Position numbers and translations under genes: made by a program
Shown: positions 1-12,100 of the stretch, one piece after another
How the letters are laid out: every line of letters starts with the position of its first letter
Numbering within the stretch: the first letter of the stretch is position 1
The notes under the pieces: generated by a model
The model's input: the letters and a program-made list of their open reading frames with translations, nothing else
Told to the model about the DNA's origin: nothing
The model's database searches: none
Assembly (NCBI RefSeq): GCF_006345805.1
Contig: NC_043025.1
Location: 12,152,001-12,216,000, forward strand
Source: Octopus sinensis
Lineage: Eukaryota
DNA length: 64,000 nt
Direction: 5' to 3'

Positions 1-683
1 TAAGTGACGGGGACGTAAACACACCAGCATCGGTTGTCAAGCGATGCTAGGGGGACAAACACAGACACACAAACATATACACACACATAAATATATATAT
101 ATACATATATACGACAGGCTTCTTTCAGTTTCCGTCTACCAAATCCACTCACAAGGCTTTGGTCGGCCCGAGGCTATAGCAGAAGACACTTGCCCAAGAT
201 GCCACGCAGTGGGACTGAACCCGGAACCACGTGGTTGGTTAGCAAGCTACTTACCACACAGCCACTCCTGCGCCTATATATATATATATATACACACATA
301 TATATATACATATATACGATGGGCTTCTTTCAGTTTCCGTCTACCAAATCCACTCACAAGGTTTTGGTCGGCCCAGGGCTATAGCAGAAGACACTTGCCC
401 AAGATGCCACGCAGTGGGACTGAACCCGGAACCACGTGGTTGGTTAGCAAGCTACTTACCACACAGCCACTCCTGCGCCTATATATATATATATACACAC
501 ATATATATATATACATATATACGATGGGCTTCTTTCAGTTTCCGTCTACCAAATCCACTCACAAGGTTTTGGTCAGCCCGGGGCTATAGCAGAAGACACT
601 TGCCCAAGATGCCACGCAGTGGGACTGAACCCGGAACCACGTGGTTGGTTAGCAAGCTACTTACCACACAGCCACTCCTGCGC
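1..683 (-). mobile_element. tRNA-derived SINE family A, three head-to-tail partial copies (about 205-bp period)
   Basis: Reverse complement of ggcgcaggagtggctgtgtgg (A box)...ggttcagtccc (B box), separated by (TA)n. Confidence 0.85.
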
Positions 684-685
684 TT

Positions 686-950
686 GTAGGCAAAGAACTT
701 TTTAATGTAGTTTCTCGGTATTTTCCAGCCAACCATAAAGACCAGAGAGTCTTCAATAGGGTTAGCTGTTCTTGTGACCAAGAACCTAAACTTGAATGTC
801 AATGAAAGGATATGGAACCATTGCAAATAAGAGTTGACCATAGGTAATGTATCGGCTGAGAGACATTGTAAGTATAATAAAATATATTAGATGGTCTGGT
901 AGTTGCAAAGATATTAAATTGTTTACAATATCCTTGCGAAGACCTGTTGA
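686..950 (+). mobile_element. Possible Penelope-like element remnant (RT to GIY-YIG linker)
   Basis: VGKELFNVVSRYFPANHKDQRVFNRVSCSC resembles the PLE motif IGKxFLxLIDKHFPxxHxLHKIFNRNTVKVSYSC. Confidence 0.45.
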
Positions 951-959
951 GGCAAGTAA

Positions 960-1494
960 AATCAGAATCAAAATCGCTCAAAAATCAATGGAAATTGTAG
1001 TTGTGATACAAGTGCCGGTGGCACATAAAAGAACCATCCAAACGTGGCTGTTGCCAGCCTCCCCTGGCACGTAAAAGAACCATCTGAATGTGGCCGTTGC
1101 CAGCACCGCCCCGACTGACCTCTATGCCGGTAACACATAAAAAGCACCAACCGATCATGACCGTTACCAGCCTCCCCTAGCACGTAAAAGAACCATCTGA
1201 ACCTGGCCATTGCCAGCGCCGCCCCGACTGACCTCTATGCCGGTGGCACGTAAAAAGCACCAACCGATAGTGACCGTTGCCAGCCTACCCTGGCACTGTG
1301 CTGGTGGCACGTAAAAAACAACCCACTACACTCACGGAGTGGTTGGCGTTAGGAAGGGCATCCAGCTGTAGAAACACTGCCAGATCAGACTGGAGCCTGG
1401 TGCAGACTCCTGGCTTCCCAGATCCCGGTCGAACCGTCCAACCCATGCTAGCATGGAGAACGGACGTTAAATGATGCTGCTGATGATGATGATA
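960..1494 (+). mobile_element. SINE-like family B: internal 50-60-bp subrepeats (tggcacgtaaaaagcacc), ggcgttaggaagggcatccagc block, (GAT)n tail
   Basis: Other copies at about 4820-5085(+), 43090-43445(+), 49705-50365(-), 51783-52490(-), 53491-53635(+), 55770-56200(+), 56560-57110(-), 58215-59256(+). The short-repeat tail suggests retroposition. Confidence 0.8.
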
Positions 1495-1756
1495 GGTTTA
1501 AAAACAATAAATTAAACAAAGATACAATTGATAATCCAACAATTTATTCGCATAATAATACAACCTAATATTCTATGAATATAATAACATAAATATTAAA
1601 AAAACCCAAAAAAGCCAACAATTTGTTTCGACTTATATATATTTTTTGATATATAAACAATTTAATCCCTTTAAATAAGCTGTCCCTTCACACAGAATTT
1701 CATCTATCTTCAAACCATTGGCTCTGATGAGACTTATACAAGGGAACTGAAATGTT

Positions 1757-2143
1757 TACTCTTACTCTTTTACTTGTTTCAGTCATTTGACTGCGGCCAT
1801 GCTGGAGCACCGCCTTTGATCGAGCAACTCGACCCCGCGACTTATTCTTTGTAAGCCCGGTAGTTATTCTATCGGTCTCTTTTGCCAAACCGCTAAGTTA
1901 CGGGTACATAAACACACCAGCATCGGTTGTCAAGCAATGCTAGGGGGACAAACACAGACACACAAACATACATATATACGACGGGCTTCTTTCAGTTTCC
2001 GTCTACCAAATCCACTCACAAGGCATTGGTCGGCCTGGGGGCTATAGCAGAAGACACTTGCCCAAGATGCCACGCAGTGGGACTGAACCCGGAACCATGT
2101 GGTTGGTAAGCAAGCTACTTACCACACAGCCACTCCTGCGCCT
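1757..2143 (-). mobile_element. SINE family A, near full length
   Basis: Pol III A/B-box head, gatagaataa...ggggtcga core, 3' tail ggcggtgctccagcatggcc...gaaacaagtaaaagag. Confidence 0.85.
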
Positions 2144-2211
2144 ATGTATCAAAAAAAATATCACACTAATGGTAGTACTCCAGCATGTCCACAACCTATG
2201 AATGAAGTTGT

Positions 2212-2252
<41 letters not shown>

Positions 2253-2779
2253 GAGCTGTGAACTTAATCTTGGTCTGCTTGGCATCCTTCCTCATGTTCC
2301 TGAAATTCATATCTACAGCTTTATCGGTATATTTACCTTCTCTTGGATGTTACTAATTGATTTGAGAACTTTACATTGTTGGAAAACCTATATGAAATTA
2401 CCTGAAGATTACTTGACATATTATATCTGCTGTAATATTTGCAGCTTGAATAAATTGTTGTAGTATGAAACAATTGTACTAAATTACCAGATCCATTCTT
2501 GTTGCTTATTTATGGTTATATATATATGTATATATATTGAAAATATTCATTATAGGTATAAATAAACAGGTATAAAAATGGAGAAAATATGTTAAAATCA
2601 AAATTGGATTTAATACATATGAACGCTTCAAAAGACAATACAAATATGTCAGAAGAAATTATAATAATTAAAGTTATTTTTGCTCACGTATATGTATATA
2701 TATGTGTGTGTGTATGTATGGAGAATTCACAAAAAAAACAAAAGATGAAGACAGGTGGTGTAGACAACAAACAGATGTA

Positions 2780-2826
<47 letters not shown>

Positions 2827-2899
2827 ATTATTTGAGGGAATGTTATTCCTAACTTACAGGGAAAAATTCAATTTAGAAATACTAAATCAAATTTCACAA

Positions 2900-2900
2900 A

Positions 2901-2969
<69 letters not shown>

Positions 2970-3005
2970 GAATGAATGAATGTATATATATATATGAATG
3001 AATGA

Positions 3006-3037
<32 letters not shown>

Positions 3038-3084
3038 GAATGAATGTGTATATATATATATATATATATGAATGAATGTATGTA

Positions 3085-3125
<41 letters not shown>

Positions 3126-3250
3126 AATGAATGTGTATATATATATATATATATGAATGAATGTATGTATATGTATATATATATATGAATGAATGTATGT
3201 ATATGTATATATATATATGAATGAATGTATGTATATGTATATATATATAT
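2900..3250. repeat. (TA)n/(TGAA)n compound microsatellite
   Basis: Direct inspection. Confidence 0.95.
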
Positions 3251-3378
3251 AACCAGAATAGTACCAACTATAAGCACGCATGTGCAGAAGGTAGCGTGAT
3301 ACTAAAGATACGTTATGACAAAAGTACGGATAATTTAATACTTCCCCTCTTTTTATATATATATATATCACTCTTAAT

Positions 3379-3520
3379 GGAGGCGCAATGGCCCAGTGGT
3401 TAGGGCAGTGGACTTGCAGTCATATCGCGATTTTGATTCCCAGACCAGACATTGTGAGTTTTTATTGAGCGAAAACACCTAAAGCTCCACAAGGCTCCGA
3501 AAGGGGGTGGAGGCGGATGC
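3379..3520 (+). mobile_element. tRNA-derived SINE family C head
   Basis: ggaggcgcaatggcccagtggttagggcag A box and a degenerate B box; relatives at 35688(+) and 28465-28830(-). Confidence 0.7.
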
Positions 3521-3743
3521 TGCCATAGGTACTTGCGTTTGTCCTATTTTTCCGAATAGGACAAGAAAAAGGTGACCCGAGATTTCAAGAGAGACGAGTT
3601 TCTTTAGAGTAATGTGGCTATTGATGCAGAAAATTTAACGAGAATGAACCGAGATATTTTAAAACGTCTTTAGAATTGTCAAAGAAAAGAAATAGTGAGT
3701 CACCATTTGAATGAATCTAGTGTGAGAAACCGGATTTACGCAA

Positions 3744-4130
3744 TCTCTCTCTATATAAACGGCAGTTTGTCTGTGTGTGTTTCTGTGTGTCTGTTTGGTT
3801 GTACCCTCACCCTGACCACGGCTTTCAACCGATTCTGATGAAACTTGACACACACATAGCCCAATGTCATAATTCAAAACTAACGCAGCGAAAATTTTGA
3901 AAAGTTCCCCCAGTTCTGAAAAAGATCGATAAATTCGACATGGGGTCGACAATCAGAAACACAAACCACAGATGGTCTAGGGGACGCAACTCGACCTTTT
4001 TAACTATCAAAAAAAATTTACCATCATTTTTTTCCCCATTTTTTTGCTATTTTTTGGCTATAACTCTCTAAAAATGCTTATATAGTTATTTCCCTTACAA
4101 ACCCGAGCAACGCCGGGCGATACTGCTAGT
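3744..4130 (+). mobile_element. Non-autonomous Helitron-like element
   Basis: 5' TC, subterminal GC hairpin cccgagcaacgccggg, 3' CTAG then T, no TSD. Confidence 0.75.
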
Positions 4131-4339
4131 TATATATAAGTGTATATATGTATAAATATATATTATATATAATTGTATATATATGTATAAATATATATTA
4201 TATATAATTGTATATATGTATAAATATAGATATGTGTACAGAGTGCAATTGGTAAATTGTTGCCATTTAAATTTTTTTCTTTTGTGCACACGCATTGTTT
4301 GTTTTTTGATTTTTGTTTACTACACAGTATAGTAGGGTC

Positions 4340-4815
4340 AGTTGGGCACTGTCTGTTTGAAAAAACAGCATCATGAGGCAATTCACTGCCAGAAATTTGG
4401 AAACGACATGCTGTATTGCCTGGCATTCATGCTGAATCCTCCAATGTGAACACTTCAGATTGTTTGGATGTCAATCCGAGGACAGCGTAGAAGATTCGGA
4501 AAAAGCCGAATGAGTCTAGTGGTAATTATGAAGGTATGGCAGCTCGGAGAACTCGCTCTGGTGAGAAAAGAACCCTTGAATTTGTCGGTGACATCCAGGT
4601 CATGATCGACAATGATTCTTCTAACGCTGCCAGGGAAATAGGAGCGTCCAGACTTTCTTATCAGCAGGTATCGCATACAGACATTCGGTATTCCTCAATC
4701 AAGATGAGAAACGGTCAGTTTTTATCCCTAGCCATCAAGGACCAAAAAATGACTGCACTATGAAGCTTTTCAAGAAAATCTAGCATTCCCTACGACTGAA
4801 CGTGCTTTCCTTTTT
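4340..4815 (+). mobile_element. Tc1/mariner-like transposase N-terminal remnant
   Basis: RTLEFVGDIQVMIDND...AREIG...DIRYSSIKMRNGQFLSLAIKD; the last 65 bp or so are repeated at 5216-5285. Confidence 0.6.
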
Positions 4816-5460
4816 CTTGAGCCTCGCCTGGCCCCCGTGCCGGTGACACGTAAAAGCACCATCTGTTCGTGGCCGTTTGCCAGCTCTGTCTGGCACCTGT
4901 GCAGGTGGCACGTAAAAAACACCCACTACACTCACGGAGTGGTTGGCGTTAGGAAGGGCATCCAGCCGTAGAAACACTGCCAGATCTGACTGGGCCTGAC
5001 GAAGCCTTCCAGCTTCACAGACCCCAGTTGACCCGTCCAACCCATGCTAGCATGGAAAGCGGACGCTAAATGATGATGATGATGAAGAAAAATTTCTAGG
5101 CGCAGGAGTGGCTGTGTGGTAAGTAGCTTGCTTACCAACCACATGGTTCCGGGTTCAGTCCCACAGTGTGGCACCTTGGGCAAGTATCTTCTACTATAGC
5201 CTCAGGCCAACTAAAGGACAAATAACAACTGCACTATGAAGCTTTTCAAGAAAATCTAGCATTCCCATCGACTGAACGTTGCTTTGTGTCGAGTCTAAGA
5301 AACGTAAGGGTCTTGATAACATTCTATTGGAGTTACCTGGCGTTACCTGTCGTAAATGGCAATTTAAGCTTATTCAGGACATCCGAATGAAACCAAATTC
5401 CGGATCTATCATCTGGTACTATGATCCGATAGGCAACTCGGGTAAGACCTATTTATCACA

Positions 5461-5856
5461 TTACTCTTTTACTTGTTTCAGTCATGTGACTGCGGCCATG
5501 CTGGAGCACCGCCTTTAATCAAGCAAATCGACCCCGGGACTTATTCTTTTTGTAAGCCCAGTACTTATTTTATCGGTCTCTTTTAGCCGAACCGCTAAGT
5601 AACGGGGGACGTAAACACACCAGCATCGGTTGTCAAGCAATGCTAGGGGGACAAACACAGACACACATATACATATATATATATACATATATACGACGGG
5701 CTTCTTTCAGTTTCCGTCTGCCAAATCCACTCACAAGGCTTTGGTCGGCCCGGGGCTATGGTAGAAGACACTTGCCCAAGGTGCCACGCAGTGGGACAGA
5801 ACCCAGAACCATGTGGTTGGTAAGCAAGCTACTTACCACACAGCCACTCCTGCGCC
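5461..5856 (-). mobile_element. SINE family A inserted into the viral Rep
   Basis: Full head-to-tail copy splitting Walker A from the rest of the helicase. Confidence 0.9.
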
Positions 5857-6026
5857 TTTGTTATATACAAACCTTGCATGGCCTCCGTCTAGAAAATGGT
5901 AGGTCCACTGATCTGAAATATATGCATGATGGCCACAAGATCGTTACCTTTGATTATACACGATCTCAAGAAGATCACATAAACTATGAAGCCCTCGAAA
6001 GTATTAAAAATGGCCTTCTCTGCTCT

Positions 6027-6123
6027 ATGAAGCATGTACCTGTTGTGAAGCATGTACCTGTTGTGAATTATGTACCTGTTGTGAAGTATGTACCTGTTGT
6101 GAAGTATGTACCTGTTGTGAAGT
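6027..6123 (+). repeat. In-frame 18-bp tandem repeat (about 5 copies, K[HY]VPVV) inside Rep
   Basis: gaagcatgtacctgttgt repeated with small variants. Confidence 0.9.
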
Positions 6124-6183
6124 CCTTTCCTATACCTCATGTTGTAGTTTTTGCCAACTTCCCTCCAGACCTTAACAAGATTT

Positions 6184-9100
6184 CAGAAGCTTGGAACGAT
6201 TGCATTAAAAAAAAATTTTTTTTAAGGGTCCAGAAAGAATTCAGCAAATAAATTCAAATTCTGAAATTTATCTAAAAATGCCTGTTAACAGGGTGACACG
6301 AATTCAATAAATTTGATGACTAAAATTTGGAGATGATCTCGACACGGTCAACAAAAATGGTTATACAGCATTACATCATGTTGTGATTGGGTAAGTTTAG
6401 AATGAACATTGCACAATCAAAGCCTTGGCTGAGGGGGCAACATAGATGTCTGCAACATGTTAAAAGAGGGAGCAGATATTAAAACAAGATCCATCCAAAT
6501 TTGATGACAAAATTTGGAGATGATCTCAACGTGGTAAACAAAAATGGTTAGACAGCTTTCCATTATGGTGTGATTGGGTAAGTTTAGAATGAACATTGCA
6601 CAATCAAAGAATTGGCCGAGAGGGCAACATAGATGTCTGCAACATGTTAAAAGAGGGAGCAGATATTAAAACAAGATCCATCCAAATTTGATGACAAAAT
6701 TTGGAGATGATCTCAACGTGGTAAACAAAAATGGTTAGACAGCTTTCCATTATGGTGTGATTGGGTAAGTTTAGAATGAACATTGCACAATCAAAGAATT
6801 GGCCGAGAGGGCAACATAGATGTCTGCAACATGTTAAAAGAGGGAGCAGATATTAAAACAAAATCCAACAAGGGTTATACAGCTTTATATCATGCTGTGA
6901 TCGGGTGAGTTTAGAATGAACATTGTTCAATCAAAGCCTTGGCTGAGAGGGGATGAACATGCCCCATTGAGAGAGTGCTTTGATACATGTCAATCAGGGT
7001 AGGGCAAACTGAAGTGTTGCTCCGACTGAGATCCACATAGAGGTCTTAAACATGTTAAAAGAGGGAGCAGATATTAAAACAAGAGACACAAAGGGTTATA
7101 CAGCTTTACATTGTGCTGTGATCGGGTGAGTTTAGAATTAACATTGCACAATCAAAGCCTTGGCTGAGAGGGGATGAATGTGCCCCATTAAGATAGTCTA
7201 TTGATACATGTCAGTCAGGGTAGGGCAAACTGGAAAGTTGCTCCGACTGAGATCCACATCCCAGAATGAATGCAGACAAGTGTGACATGACATCAGTCAG
7301 ATGTAGAAGGGGTTGCATCTCTCCAGATCGGAGACAAAGGGGTGGGTGAAGCCCCCTAATGCACGTAAATATCACGTAAAAGCACCCACTACACTCACGG
7401 AGTGGTTGGCGTTAGGAAGGGTCCTGAAGGAATTCAGCAAATAAATTCAAATACTGAAACTTATCTAATGATGCCTGTTAACAGGGTAACACGAATTCAA
7501 TAAATTTCATGACAAAAAGGGTCATACAGCATTGCATCATATTGTGATTGGGTAAGTTTAGAATTAACATTGCACAATCAAAGCCTTGGCTGAGAGGGGA
7601 TGAATGTGCCCCATTGAGAGAGTGCTTTGATACACTTCAATCAGGGAAGAGCAAACTGAAGTGTTGCTCCTACTGAGATCCACATTCCTTTATGAATGGG
7701 GTCACCCAAGTGAGACACCACAGCAGTCAGAATTAGAAAGGGTTTTGGTCTGTCTAGATTGGAGACAAAGGAGTGGGTGAAACCCCGTAACGCTTGGTGC
7801 AACAACACAAGGGGAGAAATGAAGGGTGACTGCAATCAGTATAGGAAAAATAGATATCAGTGGATATTCACCAAACAGATGAAAATGGTGAAACATTACT
7901 CATGGCATCTTGTAAACAGGGCAACATAGATGTCTTAAACATTTTAAAAGAGGGAGCAGATATGAGAACAAAATCCAACAAGGGTTAGACAGCTTTACAT
8001 CATGTTGTGATTGGGTAAGTTTAGAATTAACATTGCACAATCAAAGCCTTGGCTGAGGGGGCAACATAGATGTCTTAAACATGTTAAAAGAGGGAGCAGA
8101 TATTAAGACACGAACCAACAAGGGTTAGACAGCTTTCCATTATGGTGTGATTGGGTAAGTTTAGAATGAACATTGCTCAATCAAAGCCTTGGCTGAGAGG
8201 GCAACATAGATGTCTGCAACATGTTAAAAGAAGGGGCATATATTAAAACATGAACCAACAAGGGTTAGACAGCTTTCCATTATGGTGTGATTGGGTAAGT
8301 TTAGAATGAACATTGCTCAATCAAAGCCTTGGCTGAGAGGGCAACATAGATGTCTGCAACATGTTAAAAGAGGGAGCAGATATTAAAACAAAATCCAACA
8401 AGGGTTATACAGCTTTATATCATGCTGTGATGGGGTAAGTTTAGAATGAACATTGCTCAATCAAAGCCTTGGCTGAGAGGGGATGAACATGCCCCATTGA
8501 GAGAGTGCTTTGATACATGTCAATCAGGGTAGGGCAAACTGAAGTGTTGCTCCGACTGAGATCCACATAGAGGTCTTAAACATGTTAAAAGAGGGAGCAG
8601 ATATTAAAACAAGAGACACAAAGGGTTATACAGCTTTACATTGTGCTGTGATCGGGTGAGTTTAGAATTAACATTGCACAATCAAAGCCTTGGCTGAGAG
8701 GGGATGAATGTGCCCCATTAAGATAGTCTATTGATACATGTCAGTCAGGGTAGGGCAAACTGGAAAGTTGCTCCGACTGAGATCCACATCCCAGAATGAA
8801 TGCAGACAAGTGTGACATGACATCAGTCAGATGTAGAAGGGGTTGCATCTCTCCAGATCGGAGACAAAGGGGTGGGTGAAGCCCCCTAATGCACGTAAAT
8901 ATCACGTAAAAGCACCCACTACACTCACGGAGTGGTCGGCGTTAGGAAGGGTCCTGAAGGAATTCAGCAAATAAATTCAAATACTGAAACTTATCTAATG
9001 ATGCCTGTTAACAGGGTAACATGAATTCAATAAATTTCATGACAAAAAGGGTCATACAGCATTGCATCATATTGTGATTGGGTAAGTTTAGAATTAACAT

Positions 9101-12100
9101 TGCACAATCAAGCCTTGGCTGAGAGGGGATGAATGTGCCCCATTGAGAGAGTGCTTTGATACACTTCAATCAGGGAAGAGCAAACTGAAGTGTTGCTCCT
9201 ACTGAGATCCACATTCCTTTATGAATGGGGTCACCCAAGTGAGACACCACAGCAGTCAGAATTAGAAAGGGTTTTGGTCTGTCTAGATTGGAGACAAAGG
9301 GGTGGGTGAAACCCCGTAACGCTTGGTGCAACAACACAAGGGGAGAAATGAAGGGTGACTGCAATCAGTATAGGAAAAATAGATATCAGTGGATATTCAC
9401 CAAACAGATGAAAATGGTGAAACATTACTCATGGCATCTTGTAAACAGGGCAACATAGATGTCTTAAACATGTTAAAAGAGGGAGCAGATATTAAAACAA
9501 GAGACGTCTGTGGTTAGACAGCTTTACATCATGCTGTGATCGGGTGAGTTTAGAATGAACATTGCACAATCAAAGCCTTGGCTGAAAGGGGATGAATGTG
9601 CCCCATTGAGACAGTCTATTGATACATGTCAGTCAGGGTAGGGCAAACTGGAAAGTTGCTCCGACTGAGATCCACATCCCAGAATGAATGCAGACAAGTG
9701 TGACACGACATCGGTCAGTTGTAGAAGGGGTTGCATCTCTCCAGATCGGAGACAAAGGGGTGGGTGAAGCCCCCTAATGCATGTCGCACAACACATAGAG
9801 AGAAATGAAGTGTGTCTGCGATCAGTCTGCGGAAAATAGAAATTGGTGGGAGGAATGCCATGTCACATATCGGGGGTTCAGAGGGTGGTTAGCACCGCTG
9901 GTGACGAAGGAGAGGTAGACACCAGCCCTGTGACCCTTCAAATATCAAAAAGGGAAAAATTGGCCACCCACTGGCTTGGACAATTTCAAAACAGAATAGA
10001 GGAGCAGTGATCTTCATATCTGGGATGGGGTCACAAGAAGAAATTCAGCGGGTAATGTGGATTAAGGGAACCAGACGCAAGGGGAAATGATGTCACACCA
10101 AGAAGCAGTGTGTTTAAACAGTCTCTTTGCTGGGCTGTCCAGTGCAGAAGGTGTGGCTGGGGAAGTATTCCTTTCTGACCAGGAGCTTGGACAGATTGCA
10201 TGCAAAAGAAAAAAAGAGAAAAAAAGGGTCCTGAAAGGATTCAGCAAATAAATTCAAATACTGGAATCTATCTAACGATGCCTGTTGACAGGGTAAAACG
10301 AATTCAATAAATTTCATGACAAAAAAGGTCATGCAGCATTGCATCATGTTGTGATTGGCTAAGTTTACAATTAACATTGCACAATCAAAGCCCTGGCTGA
10401 GAGGGCAACATAGATGTTATAAACATGTTAAAAGAGGGAGCAGATATGAGAACAAAATCCAACAAGGGTTAGACAGCTTTACATCATGTTGTGATTGGGT
10501 AAGTTTAGAATGAACATTGCACAATCAAAGCCTTGGCTGAGGGGGCAACATAGATGTCTTAAACATGTTAAAAGAGGGAGCAGATATTAAGACACAAACC
10601 AACAAGGGTTAGACAGCTTTCCATTATGTTGTGATTGGGTAAGTTTAGAATGAACATTGCTCAATCAAAGCCTTGGCTGAGAGGGCAACATAGATGTCTG
10701 CAACATGTTAAAAGAAGGGGCATATATTAAAACACGAACCAACAAGGGTTAGACAGCTTTCCATTTTGGTGTGATTGGGTAAGTTTAGAATGAACATTGC
10801 TCAATCAAAGCCTTGGCTGAGAGGGCAACATAGATGTCTGCAACATGTTAAAAGAAGGGGCATATATTAAAACACGAACCAACAAGGGTTAGACAGCTTT
10901 CCATTTTGGTGTGATTGGGTAAGTTTAGAATGAACATTGCACAATCAAAGCCCTGGCTGAGAGGGCAACATAGATGTCTGCAACATGTTAAAAGAGGGAG
11001 CAGATATTAAAACACGAACCAACAAGGTTAGACAGCTTTCCATTTTGGTGTGATTGGGTAAGTTTAGAATGAACATTGCACAATCAAAGCCTTGGCTGAG
11101 AGGGCAACATAGATGTCTGCAACATGTTAAAAGAGGGAGCAGATATTAAAACACGAACCAACAAGGGTTAGACAGCTTTCCATTTTGGTGTGATTGGGTA
11201 AGTTTAGAATGAACATTGCACAATCAAAGCCCTGGCTGAGAGGGCAACATAGATGTCTGCAACATGTTAAAAGAGGGAGCAGATATTAAAACACGAACCA
11301 ACAAGGGTTAGACAGCTTTCCATTTTGGTGTGATTGGGTAAGTTTAGAATGAACATTGCACAATCAAAGCCTTGGCTGAGAGGGCAACATAGATGTCTGC
11401 AACATGTTAAAAGAGGGAGCAGATATTAAAACACGAACCAACAAGGGTTAGACAGCTTTCCATTTTGGTGTGATTGGGTAAGTTTAGAATTAACATTGCA
11501 CAATCAAAGAATTGGCCGAGAGGGCAATATAGATGTCTGCAACATGTTAAAGGAGGGAGCAGATATTAAAACAAGAGACACAAAGGGTTATACAGCTTTA
11601 CATTGTGCTGTGATCGGGTGAGTTTAGAATTAACATTGCACAATCAAAGCCTTGGCTGAGAGGGGATGAATGTGCCCCATTAAGATAGTCTATTGATACA
11701 TGTCAGTCAGGGTAGGGCAAACTGGAAAGTTGCTCCAACTGAGATCCACATCCCAGAATGAATGCAGACAAGTGTGACATGACATCAGTCAGATGTAGAA
11801 GGGGTTGCATCTCTCCAGATCGGAGACAAAGGGGTGGGTGAAGCCCCCTAATGCACGTAAATATCACGTAAAAGCACCCACTACACTCACGGAGTGGTTG
11901 GCGTTAGGAAGGGTCCTGAAGGAATTCAGCAAATAAATTCAAATACTGAAACTTATCTAATGATGCCTGTTAACAGGGTAACACGAATTCAATAAATTTC
12001 ATGACAAAAAGGGTCATACAGCATTGCATCATATTGTGATTGGGTAAGTTTAGAATTAACATTGCACAATCAAAGCCTTGGCTGAGAGGGGATGAATGTG

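Larger units (their letters stand above)
5288..6190 (+). pseudogene. rep: Endogenous CRESS-DNA virus Rep fragment (nanovirus/alphasatellite-like SF3 helicase domain), interrupted by a SINE
   Basis: Reads WQFKLIQDIRMKPNSGSIIWYYDPIGNSGKTYLS (Walker A), then the SINE at 5461-5856, then CYIQTLHGLRLENGRSTDLKY...IVTFDYTRS (Walker B)...NYEALESIKNG..SMK...PHVVVFANFPPD (motif C). The HUH domain is absent. Confidence 0.85.

Noticed and set aside
44-689. Recurrent ORFs such as RRHLPKMPRSGTEPGTMWLVSKLLTTQPLL and VGAFYVPPAQVPDEAG across the window
   Set aside because: Chance frames of SINE families A and B.
2251-2500. Possible coding remnant in unique sequence
   Set aside because: No recognisable motif in the frames examined, and several stops.
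5640-6251. 203-aa ORF as an intact gene
   Set aside because: Chimera of an antisense SINE, the viral Rep fragment and array sequence.
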